NCBI GenBank assembly: GCA_002068415.1
Contig: MVZM01000004.1
Location: 3,445-67,444 of the forward strand
Direction: 5' to 3'
Source: Tenericutes bacterium ADurb.BinA124
GTDB lineage: Bacteria > Bacillota_I > Bacilli_A > ML615J-28 > CAG-698
DNA length: 64,000 nucleotides
Part shown: piece by piece, positions 55,721 to 64,000 of the stretch
Layout: the number at the start of each line of letters is the position of its first letter
Position numbering within the stretch: the first letter of the stretch is position 1
Made by a program: the position numbers and the translations under genes
The notes under the pieces: model-generated
What the model was told of the DNA's origin: nothing
What the model saw: only the letters and a program-made list of their open reading frames with translations
Databases searched by the model: none

Positions 55721-58700
55721 TCATCCGTAGAAAACAACATCATCGATGCGAATATTCGAGGTCGCAGTCGGATTAGTTTCCGGTAATGTAATCTCAAATT
55801 TAATGTAGGCTGTTTGGGCGGATGGTAAATTATAAACATATGTATCCGTTAAGGTGTCTAAAGCAAAAGTTTTTTGGCCGAGGAAGTTTGTTCCGTCAGT
55901 AGAATAAGAAACCGTCACCTGTAAACCATTGGTCGAAGCCGCTTTAAAGACAACTCTGGATAAATTAGCTACGGTAAACTTCGTTACGGAATAACCTAAA
56001 TTATCCTTCGCACTGGTATACCAGCGATTTTGCAAGGAATTGCTTCCGGAAAGCGCACTGGTTGTAGCTACAGTTCCGTAGTATATACTCCACTGATAGT
56101 TTTCCGGTCCGTCATCCTTCGGTGTCTTATTGTTATAAGTATTGCTTGGGGTAAAACCGGTTTCAAAGTTTTGGGCATATAACTCACTAAGCGAGCTAGC
56201 CACGACATTGTAGGTATAAACTTTACTATGTGTCGAACTGAAGGTAGCCGTAACGGTAATCGTAACTGGGGTATCAGCCGCCGGTTTGGTAAATTTGCCG
56301 TCATTAGCAATCACATCTATGCTGTTCGAAACAAATGCAACCACAACACCGGGGAAAGTGTTTTGATATTGGGAAGCGGTGAAGAATGGTAAATCACCCA
56401 TTACTTCTTGTCCTTCTGTAATAATCGCTTCAATTTCCTCTTTCATTAATTCTTCTTTTTCCCCATCATTTAAAGTTATATCTAAATCGCCTAAATAAAC
56501 AAAACTCCATTTATCTAAACCATCATAGTTATATAAGGTTCCATATAAGGTTACTTGCCTACCGATTAAGAATTTTAATTCCTCTTGATTGCGAGATTGA
56601 TAATAAACATAAAGCCCCGGCGCACCTGCATCTAAACTGGTGGTTAAGTAAACATTGCTGAAAGGACCTTGAACGGTTAAATAACCGGTAATGCTGAGGT
56701 ATTTACCTGGGAGAGCATGAGCTTTTACCGCATTGATTTCATCGGTCGTTAATACTTCCGTGGTCCCTAAGGCCGGTAAATCGGTAATTTGGGCCGTCGT
56801 TACAGCCAAAGGATTGGCGTGGGTAGCATCATCGAGTTTAACTACGCTTGTTACGGAAGAAATTTGCCGCGTATATTGTTTATTGCTTTCCAAATAAACG
56901 GTCGCAGTTCCATCGACGCGCACATAATCACCAACTTGGAAAGTTCCAACCTTGAAGCGAACATAAACAATTCCCGTATTATCAGCTACGAAGAAATAAT
57001 CATCCAAAGTAATACCAACGATAACACCTTCAATAGCAACCAACTGATTGGGATTAGTATCAATCATGCTTAATACTTGAGAAATCGGGTTAGGAGCCGG
57101 ATACCATTTCGCATAGTAAGTTTTGGCACCGCTTGATTCCTTCGGAACAGCCGTAACTGGTGAATCCGAGAAATCGGACTTGCCATACCAACCGGCAAAA
57201 GAATATCCTTCTTTAACCGGTTTAACTAAAGCTTGTGGCAATTTGTTTACATCATAGGTTTGCGGATATTCACCGCTGAAAGCACCGCCATCAAGCACAT
57301 AGATGATTTGATAGATACCCTTCAATTCCAAGATTTTCACAATCGCCGCTTCTAATGTCGCCACATTGCTAACCAAGGATTGATGTTCTGCGCTTAAGCT
57401 GTCATATTTAGTTTTTAAATTATTAATCGCCGTTTCGTTATCTAGGGTGATTTCCCCAAGCGCCGGAAGAGCTTCAATATCAACTACTAACTGGGCAGCC
57501 GTCTTTAAGTCGGCCATTTCCGCTTCCGCCGCTTCTAAAACCGCATAATTGGTAACCAAAGCTTTTTCTTCACTTGTTAAGGCATCATAGGCGGTGCGGA
57601 TGGCTACAACCACCGCTTCATCGGCTAAGCTAATTTTAGTCGGTAAGTCATTAATGGCCGCAAGCACTTTTTTGGCGGGGTCCGGAAGCTTATACTGAGT
57701 AACTTCAATAATTATTCCTTCATCTAAAACGCCATTGTTCATCTGGCATAAGCGCGTTCCAAAACCAATATTGCTGTAGTCAACTTCCCAGCTATGCGGT
57801 GTCCATAAGAAATCACCGGGGTTTAAAGTAGCGATTAGGACACCGGTTGAACCGGTTGAGTTACCGCCACCTGGACCACCATGATCGGCTAAATATTTCG
57901 CGACCGTATAAGTTCCATCTTCGTTCTTGGTAAACATGATTTTTCCAAAACCTAAATTAGGAACATTGCAACGGCCATAAGTGTCACTGGCATCAAAGGT
58001 TACCGGCACGGTTCCGGTATTATGATATAGAGCCGCAGCTCCTCGATAAGTCTTAACGATACCGTTTTCCAAACCCGTATTGTTATAATCGGTTTGCGCT
58101 GATATTCCGTAAGGACGAAGAGTAGTACGGGAGATAAGCTCGTTTTCGGTCGTTCCGCTAATTGGAATATAGGCATTTTTGGAAATGAAATAAACATTAT
58201 TACCAACAACAATTTTGTAACCGCCAAAGCCGGCGACGGCTGATTGCGTGTCATAAGTCCCAAAACCTTCCCAAGTGTTGCCAGCATCGGGTTTGGCAGT
58301 AGTAGCACCGGTATAGAAAATCGCCTTTTGACCTTCTTCGAGTAAACCGAAGTTCACCACCACTTCTTCAGTCGTGGTATTGTATTTAGCTAATAAAGTA
58401 ACCGGTTGATAGGCATAGGTGGTCTTTAACAATTCCCCGCTTTCCAAATCAAAGAAACTTTGATCTTCACCGGCTTTATAGGACCACAGGACTCCACCGG
58501 TCGTCGGTAAGGCAAAATCAACGATGATTTGTTTCGGTACTTCTTTAATGACCGGAAGTAAAACTGCTAAGTCGGGATTCTTGACAATAGCCAGGTCTTC
58601 TTCTTTTTGGACAAGTCGATCATAATTGGTTACCATCTTCTTTTGGGTGGCATTTAAAGCCTCATAAGCGGTGCGAGCATCGCTAATCTTGCTTTCATCG

Positions 58701-59971
58701 GCCACAGTTAAAGTATCAGGAATGACCACAATCAAATCAACAACAATCTTAGCTTTTTCTAAGTTGGCAATCCGTTCTTCTTTCATTGTTAGAAGAATTA
58801 AAGTCGTCACTAAGTTCTTTTGCGCTTCGCTTAAAGCATCATAAGCAGTTCTTGCTTCCACAACCTTAACTTTATCGCTCAATTCAACCGTTGACGGTAA
58901 AGTGACGATTAAAGTATCAACAGCGGCTGCCGCTTCTTGATCGGCGATATCCGCCTTCATTTTTGTAATTGTTGCTTCGGCAGCTGTAAGGGTCGCATAA
59001 TTTAAAACTTTGCCTTTTTGGTCAGTTGTTAAGGCATCGTAAGCTGTGCGAGCGGCATTAACTTGTTCTTCATCGCTTAATGCGATGGTTTCCGGTAAAG
59101 CATCAATTAATGTTTCCACTGCCGCAACTGCTTTAAGCGACACTAATGTCGCTTCCGCCGCTTCCAATGTCGCTAAGTTCGTAACTAGGGCTTTTTGCGC
59201 AGTCGTTAATTTGTTGTAGGATGTGCGGGCAAAAACAACCGCAGTTTCCGAGGTTAAAACGATGACTTTGGGTAAATCATTGATGCGATTAATTACCAAA
59301 GTAGCAGCATTCATATCCGCCTTTAAAGGCGCTAAAGCCGCTTCTTTCGCAACTAAATCAGCTAATTTAGTAACTAAGTTCTTTTGCGCCGCCGTTAAGG
59401 CATCATAAGCGGTTCTCGCCGCAACAATATCTTTTTCATCACTAAGCTTCACCACGGCTGGGAGAGCCGCAATTAAATTATCGACGGCCAAAGCACTGGC
59501 GACATCTTGTTTTAGAGAAGCTAGGGTATTTTCCTTGGTGGTAAGGGCTGTTAAATTTTTAACTAAAGCTTTTTGGGCTTCGGTTAAGGCATTATAAGCG
59601 CTTCTTGCGGCGACAATACTATTTTCATCAGCAAGCTTCACCACCGCCGGGAGAGCGGTAATTAAATTATCAACCGCCAAGGCACTGGCCGCATCTTTCA
59701 AGGCCCTTAAGTCCGCCTCCTTGGTGGTGAGAGTCGTTAAGTTTTTGACTAGAGCTTTTTGCGCTTCAGTTAAAGCATCATAAGCGCTTCTTGCCGCTTC
59801 AATGGCATCTTCATCAGTCATTGCTACCGTTTCCGGTAATGCTAAAATCGTTTCATCGACCGCTTTAGCGGCTTTGGCATCAGCCGATTCAAGGCAGCCT
59901 ACTAAGCCAAAGCTTAGCACCAACACCAGAAAAATGAGTAGTAATTTTGAAAACCTGTTTGATTTGGTCAT
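55721..59971 (-). CDS. Giant surface lipoprotein (1416 aa) with nine ~60-aa helical repeats and a Listeria-Bacteroides (Flg_new) repeat
   Basis: Lipobox FGLVGC after MTKSNRFSKLLL (ATG at 59971). Repeat consensus AVDxLIxALPxxVxLxDExxIxAARxAYDALTxAQKxLVxNLxxL. GYSFAGWYGKSDF...TYYAKW motif. Confidence 0.85.
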   Translation of the reverse strand: MTKSNRFSKLLLIFLVLVLSFGLVGCLESADAKAAKAVDETILALPETVAMTDEDAIEAARSAYDALTEAQKALVKNLTTLTTKEADLRALKDAASALAVDNLITALPAVVKLADENSIVAARSAYNALTEAQKALVKNLTALTTKENTLASLKQDVASALAVDNLIAALPAVVKLSDEKDIVAARTAYDALTAAQKNLVTKLADLVAKEAALAPLKADMNAATLVINRINDLPKVIVLTSETAVVFARTSYNKLTTAQKALVTNLATLEAAEATLVSLKAVAAVETLIDALPETIALSDEEQVNAARTAYDALTTDQKGKVLNYATLTAAEATITKMKADIADQEAAAAVDTLIVTLPSTVELSDKVKVVEARTAYDALSEAQKNLVTTLILLTMKEERIANLEKAKIVVDLIVVIPDTLTVADESKISDARTAYEALNATQKKMVTNYDRLVQKEEDLAIVKNPDLAVLLPVIKEVPKQIIVDFALPTTGGVLWSYKAGEDQSFFDLESGELLKTTYAYQPVTLLAKYNTTTEEVVVNFGLLEEGQKAIFYTGATTAKPDAGNTWEGFGTYDTQSAVAGFGGYKIVVGNNVYFISKNAYIPISGTTENELISRTTLRPYGISAQTDYNNTGLENGIVKTYRGAAALYHNTGTVPVTFDASDTYGRCNVPNLGFGKIMFTKNEDGTYTVAKYLADHGGPGGGNSTGSTGVLIATLNPGDFLWTPHSWEVDYSNIGFGTRLCQMNNGVLDEGIIIEVTQYKLPDPAKKVLAAINDLPTKISLADEAVVVAIRTAYDALTSEEKALVTNYAVLEAAEAEMADLKTAAQLVVDIEALPALGEITLDNETAINNLKTKYDSLSAEHQSLVSNVATLEAAIVKILELKGIYQIIYVLDGGAFSGEYPQTYDVNKLPQALVKPVKEGYSFAGWYGKSDFSDSPVTAVPKESSGAKTYYAKWYPAPNPISQVLSMIDTNPNQLVAIEGVIVGITLDDYFFVADNTGIVYVRFKVGTFQVGDYVRVDGTATVYLESNKQYTRQISSVTSVVKLDDATHANPLAVTTAQITDLPALGTTEVLTTDEINAVKAHALPGKYLSITGYLTVQGPFSNVYLTTSLDAGAPGLYVYYQSRNQEELKFLIGRQVTLYGTLYNYDGLDKWSFVYLGDLDITLNDGEKEELMKEEIEAIITEGQEVMGDLPFFTASQYQNTFPGVVVAFVSNSIDVIANDGKFTKPAADTPVTITVTATFSSTHSKVYTYNVVASSLSELYAQNFETGFTPSNTYNNKTPKDDGPENYQWSIYYGTVATTSALSGSNSLQNRWYTSAKDNLGYSVTKFTVANLSRVVFKAASTNGLQVTVSYSTDGTNFLGQKTFALDTLTDTYVYNLPSAQTAYIKFEITLPETNPTATSNIRIDDVVFYG
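58577..59875 (-). repeat. Seven tandem in-frame coding repeats (about 177-198 bp each) within the giant lipoprotein gene
   Basis: The LP motif recurs at residues 51, 113, 176, 239, 298, 364 and 423 of the track ORF. Adjacent copies are near-identical at the DNA level around 59400..59830. Confidence 0.85.
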
Positions 59972-60190
59972 ATAATCTCCTTTCACATAAATAAGTTCAA
60001 TTAATTATAGCATGCACCCGCATTTTTCGCAACCTACCTCATAGCTAAAAATCCTTAAAGAGAAATTATCAAAAACTTGCCAATTTTATTAACCAATTTT
60101 TTCCGATTAATTTTTAGTTTTTTTCCTTTAGAGCACCCTTTAAAACCCCTGCCCCAGTAAAAACAATATCAGTGGCCGCTTGGCCACTAA

Positions 60191-61750
60191 TTATTTTATG
60201 ATGCGAATATTTTTAGGATCATCTTGAATGATGTCTTTAGTCTTCCGAATATAATCAATCATGATTTCCGCAACATCTTGATTGATTTCCTTCACAACCG
60301 GTAAATTTTTATACATCAAAAACTCGCCTCCGCCGGTGGAGCGATAATTGTTCATCACAATGTGAAAACAATCATCATCTTTAATCACTCGATTCTGATA
60401 ACAAAGATTTAAAATTTTGGCTCCTTCGGGATTGGATACTTTGATAGTATATTCAATTCCATCAAACATATCATAGTTATAGTGTTCCGCTTTCGGGTAA
60501 ATAAATTTAGGATTAACGGTGATGGCATCGTTAACAATGACAAAGTATTGAGCATTTTTTTCTAAAGCGGCTTTGAGTGTTTTGCCGTCAATCCTCTTCA
60601 CAACCAGTGTATTCGGATAAACATAAGTGTTTAAAATATCGCGGATGGTAATCCTTTGTTTAAAGCCACTGACATGATTGGCGAGCGCCGTTAAACTGAT
60701 TTGCGCTTTGCTTACCTCCAGTTGCACGCGGTTGATAAAGGAAACAATTTTATGTTTGTACAAACGGGCTAAAAAGCCATCCTTGACCTCTAAATCATTA
60801 TGGGGAACATAACCAATCGGTTCATCCAAAAATAGTTGGGTCGCTTTTTCCACATCAGCAATGATTTGATTAACTAAGGGATCGGGCGCAACATTGGTTG
60901 TATTTAACATCTTAGCCTGATATTCCTTAACTTGCCACTTCCCCGAAAACTCCATGGTCACTTCCACTTTCCCTAAATATTGAGCGGATCCGCCCGGTTG
61001 CGTAACCAAGGTTTTATTTTTCTTCTTGCAAATAATCCGATGCTGATGGCCGGTTAAAACAATATCCAAATCAGGCACACTTTCAATAATGCGATGGCCT
61101 AAATTTTCCCCTGTATCTTCCACCAATAAAGCATCGGTATCTAAATCTCGTTCCAAACCACCATGATAACCGAGAATGATTAAATCCGGTTGATGTTTTT
61201 CTTTGATTTCTTCCACAAGTTCTTTCGTCTTGGTAACGGCATGAACAAATTGGAAATCACGAATGTTTTCCGGTTTTTCCCATTTGGGAATATACTGAGT
61301 GGTAATTCCTAAAATGGCTACTTTCGGGCCGTTTTCATATTGTTTAAGATCGTAGGCATGAGAAAAAAGCGGTTCCTGTTGATCGTTTAAGATGTTTGCA
61401 CAAAGGGTTTTTGCGCTTAATCCCTGAACAAATGTTTTTAAATAATCAATGCCATAATTAAAGTCATGATTGCCGGGCACATAATAATCATAGCCCAAAT
61501 AATTAAACACCGTTGCCACCGGATTGGAAAAACGCTTGTGGTTAATTTGATGAAAATATAATAAGGGGCTTCCTTGAATGGCATCACCAGTATCAATCAA
61601 AAGGGTATTCGTTGTTCGATGTTGCTTGATTAAAGAAGACAATAAATTCATGCCGGAATTAATCGTCCCCTTGTGCGAATAATCATGGTTGAGAAGACAA
61701 CCGTGAGTATCACTCGTATGGAGAATCGTTAGTTTAAATATTTTTTTCAT
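60191..61750 (-). CDS. Metallophosphoesterase / 5'-nucleotidase-family protein (CpdB/YfkN-like); no obvious signal peptide
   Basis: HTSDTHG, GDAIQGSP, GNHDF and GHQH metallophosphatase motifs, plus a C-terminal 5'-nucleotidase-like domain. Confidence 0.85.
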   Translation of the reverse strand: MKKIFKLTILHTSDTHGCLLNHDYSHKGTINSGMNLLSSLIKQHRTTNTLLIDTGDAIQGSPLLYFHQINHKRFSNPVATVFNYLGYDYYVPGNHDFNYGIDYLKTFVQGLSAKTLCANILNDQQEPLFSHAYDLKQYENGPKVAILGITTQYIPKWEKPENIRDFQFVHAVTKTKELVEEIKEKHQPDLIILGYHGGLERDLDTDALLVEDTGENLGHRIIESVPDLDIVLTGHQHRIICKKKNKTLVTQPGGSAQYLGKVEVTMEFSGKWQVKEYQAKMLNTTNVAPDPLVNQIIADVEKATQLFLDEPIGYVPHNDLEVKDGFLARLYKHKIVSFINRVQLEVSKAQISLTALANHVSGFKQRITIRDILNTYVYPNTLVVKRIDGKTLKAALEKNAQYFVIVNDAITVNPKFIYPKAEHYNYDMFDGIEYTIKVSNPEGAKILNLCYQNRVIKDDDCFHIVMNNYRSTGGGEFLMYKNLPVVKEINQDVAEIMIDYIRKTKDIIQDDPKNIRIIK

Positions 61751-61820
61751 GGTCTCTTAACACCTACTCTAATAATACCACGAGCCCCCTGAAAAAGACA
61801 AATTGTTTTTTAAATATTTC

Positions 61821-61849
61821 TTGATATCACTCCTTGGCAATGCTATAAT
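61821..61849 (+). promoter_or_regulatory. Sigma-70 promoter for phnDCE
   Basis: TTGATA, a 17-nt spacer, then TATAAT. Confidence 0.6.
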
Positions 61850-61880
61850 AAGGTATCTTTTGAAAGATGGAGGAAAAGAT

Positions 61881-62801
61881 TTGAAAAAGATTGTTTTAAT
61901 GCTTTTAGCCTTTGTTTCATTGTTCGTCCTCTTCGGCTGTAAGGAAGAAGAGTATGTTAACCCGAAAGTATTAGCTGTACAATTAATCCCTTCTAAAGAT
62001 ACAGCTGTGTTAAATGCTCAACGCGGTCCGCTCGAAGCTTTGTTGGAAGCCGAATTAGACATGCCGGTGCAAGTTACCGTTGCTACTGATTACAATGCCC
62101 TAATTGAAGCCATGGGCTCCGAATTAGTCCATGTTGGTTTACTCGCAACCACTGCCTATGTCTTGGCTGCCGATGAAGGCTATGCGAAAGTCATTCTGAA
62201 ATCACTTCGTTATGATGTCGCCGATGACGGCACCCAATTAACCGATAAACCCTTAGTTGCCGGTTATAAATCACAATTGGTTGTTCATAAAGATAGCGGC
62301 ATTACTTCGGTTGCCGGCTTAAAAGGCAAACGCATTGCGATTGCATCATTTACTTCCACTTCCGGTTTCGTTTGGCCAGCCAACTTATTAGCTGATAATA
62401 ACCTTGATCCGGAAAAGGATGTTACTTGGGTTAATGCCGGCGGTCATGATAAAGCCATCCAAGCTGTTTTAAACGGCCAAGCCGATGCTGCTTTTACCTT
62501 TAAAGATGCTCGGGCATTATTAGTTAAAACGGTTCCTGATGTTCGCGAACAAGTCATCTTTATTAGAGATACGGAAAGCATTCCTAATGACACCATTTCG
62601 GTAATCACGAGATTAGATCCGGCTTTAGTGGAAAAAATCAAACAAGCATTCTTAAATATTGCTGCTTCCGAAGAAGGTAAAGCCATTATCAATGCCGTTT
62701 ACGAACATAAAGGTTATGCCGTTGCCACTGATGAAGAATATAACATTGTAAGAACCTATCTTAATAGACAAAAAGAATGGGATTTTGGAGCCAAAAAATA
62801 A
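61881..62801 (+). CDS. phnD: Phosphonate/phosphite ABC transporter substrate-binding lipoprotein
   Basis: Probable TTG start at 61881 after GGAGG. Lipobox LFGC. PhnD-like pattern (SFTSTSGF...). Followed by phnC and phnE. Confidence 0.8.
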   Translation: MKKIVLMLLAFVSLFVLFGCKEEEYVNPKVLAVQLIPSKDTAVLNAQRGPLEALLEAELDMPVQVTVATDYNALIEAMGSELVHVGLLATTAYVLAADEGYAKVILKSLRYDVADDGTQLTDKPLVAGYKSQLVVHKDSGITSVAGLKGKRIAIASFTSTSGFVWPANLLADNNLDPEKDVTWVNAGGHDKAIQAVLNGQADAAFTFKDARALLVKTVPDVREQVIFIRDTESIPNDTISVITRLDPALVEKIKQAFLNIAASEEGKAIINAVYEHKGYAVATDEEYNIVRTYLNRQKEWDFGAKK

Positions 62802-62871
62802 TTAATATTTAAAAATGTCTTAATTAATAGCCACCAATCTTTGGTGGCTATTCTCATAAAGGAGAAGGAAA

Positions 62872-63759
62872 TTGATTAAATTTGTGAATGTGTCAAAGAC
62901 ATATGCTAATGGCACGCAAGCCTTAAAAAATGTTAATTTAGAAATATTTGAAGGTGAATTTGTGGCGATTCTCGGTCTCTCCGGTGCCGGAAAGTCAACC
63001 TTGTTACGAACAGTCAATCAAATTATCGATGTTACTGAAGGTCATATCTATATTGATAATATTGATGTCAATACTTTTGATATCTATGGTGACAACCCCG
63101 ACCAAATGATTGAAAAACTAACTAATAAAGGTTTATCCATTGAGCGGGACAAACTGGATTTGCAAACCATTGATGTCACTACTTTAAAAGGCAAACAATT
63201 ACGAAAACTCCGTAAAAATATCGGCATGATTTTCCAAAGTTTTAATATTATTAAACGCATGTCGGTCTTACAAAATGTCCTAACCGGCCGTGTGGCTTAT
63301 AATCCCACTTGGCGTAACATTTTAGGAATTTATAAAGAAGCGGATAAGCAGATTGCTTACCGGGCTTTAAAGAAAGTGGATATCTTAGAGAAAACTTTCG
63401 GGCGGGCCAGTGAATTATCCGGCGGTCAAATGCAAAGAGTGGCGATTGCCAGATCCCTTGCTCAGGAAGCCAAAATCTTGTTGGCAGATGAACCGGTTGC
63501 TTCCTTGGATCCGGTTACCACTTTTGAAGTCATGGAGTTTTTAAAGAAAATAAATCAAGAAGACGGTGTCACGATGATTGCTAATTTGCATCATGTCGAC
63601 CTTGCCTTAAAATACGCTACCCGAATTGTCGGTATTAAAGGCGGTGAAGTTGTTTACGACATCCCCCGCCACGGTAAATCTGATAAACAAATTATTAAAG
63701 ATTTAGAACTTGTGTACGGACGGGCAATTGGGGCCAAAGATTTTGTTGGTGAACATTAA
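62872..63759 (+). CDS. phnC: Phosphonate ABC transporter ATP-binding protein
   Basis: Walker A GLSGAGKST, signature LSGGQMQR, Walker B LLADEPVASLD. TTG start after AAGGAGAAGG. Confidence 0.9.
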   Translation: MIKFVNVSKTYANGTQALKNVNLEIFEGEFVAILGLSGAGKSTLLRTVNQIIDVTEGHIYIDNIDVNTFDIYGDNPDQMIEKLTNKGLSIERDKLDLQTIDVTTLKGKQLRKLRKNIGMIFQSFNIIKRMSVLQNVLTGRVAYNPTWRNILGIYKEADKQIAYRALKKVDILEKTFGRASELSGGQMQRVAIARSLAQEAKILLADEPVASLDPVTTFEVMEFLKKINQEDGVTMIANLHHVDLALKYATRIVGIKGGEVVYDIPRHGKSDKQIIKDLELVYGRAIGAKDFVGEH

Positions 63760-64000
63760 TGAACCTTAAGCAACCAGAAGCCATTGTTCTTAAGCGTCCC
63801 AGTCAGCTAAAAAAGTATGTCACGATTGCCCTCGTTATTATCATTCTTTGGGGCAGTGCCCGCTTTGCGAACTTTAGCTTGATTGATATCATTGAGAACT
63901 TTCATCAAGCCGGGCGTCTTCTTAAACAAATGTTTGGTAAGCCGGCTTGGAATTATGCCCCGAAAGTCATTCCACCTCTTTTGGAAACGATTCAAATGGC
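63759..64000 (+). CDS. phnE: Phosphonate ABC transporter permease, N-terminal part (runs off the right edge)
   Basis: Own translation from an ATG overlapping the phnC stop (TAATG): MNLKQPEAIVLKRPSQLKKYVTIALVIIILWGSARFANFSLIDIIENFHQAGRLLKQMF... Confidence 0.75.
   Translation, partial: MNLKQPEAIVLKRPSQLKKYVTIALVIIILWGSARFANFSLIDIIENFHQAGRLLKQMFGKPAWNYAPKVIPPLLETIQM

Noticed and set aside
57166-59875. Regularly spaced repeats examined as a possible CRISPR array or non-coding satellite.
   Set aside because: The repeats are in-frame units of about 180-200 bp of one long ORF encoding a helical protein repeat. They do not have the short-repeat, unique-spacer architecture of a CRISPR array. No cas genes or CRISPR-like arrays were seen anywhere in the window.

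Overview
64-kb window from a low-GC bacterial chromosome. It looks Bacillota/Mycoplasmatota-like, possibly Erysipelotrichia- or Acholeplasma-like; that lineage is only an impression. Nearly all genes are on the minus strand. All calls rest on motif recognition and manual translation, with no database search. Positions 1..~25,330 are visibly more AT-rich and phage-derived. This part holds a truncated terL and an unusual 5.7-kb accessory block between terL and terS. The block contains an amidoligase-GGCT-Zn-ribbon cassette, a DUF4314 cassette, and a translationally coupled Dcm / mini-MetK / ParB-methyltransferase operon. Next come two HNH nucleases, a sigma-like late regulator, and a replication module (SNF2, VRR-NUC, primase-helicase, family-A polymerase, DUF2815, DUF2800). 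After the early genes sits an orphan 381-aa zinc-ribbon gene. The element ends with a five-gene LlaJI-type restriction-modification operon: C protein, two C5 methyltransferases, a McrB-like GTPase and a McrC-like nuclease. It abuts an intact tmRNA gene, and no integrase lies at this end. Positions ~25,600..64,000 are housekeeping: ssrA-smpB-rnr-secG, lon, a trigger-factor-like paralog, clpX, tig, pepF, nitroreductase, a Nudix gene flanked by tRNA-Arg genes, an SGNH lipoprotein and an exonuclease. They also carry nrdDG behind a cobalamin riboswitch, feoAB with a minimal DtxR-family regulator and matching palindromes, rsmD, a lipid kinase, a heterodimeric ABC exporter, tRNA-Asn, a 1416-aa repeat lipoprotein, a 5'-nucleotidase-like phosphoesterase and phnDCE. 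The best candidates for undescribed biology are the phage amidoligase/GGCT module, the truncated phage MetK wedged between two DNA methyltransferases, and the orphan gene beside the R-M operon.
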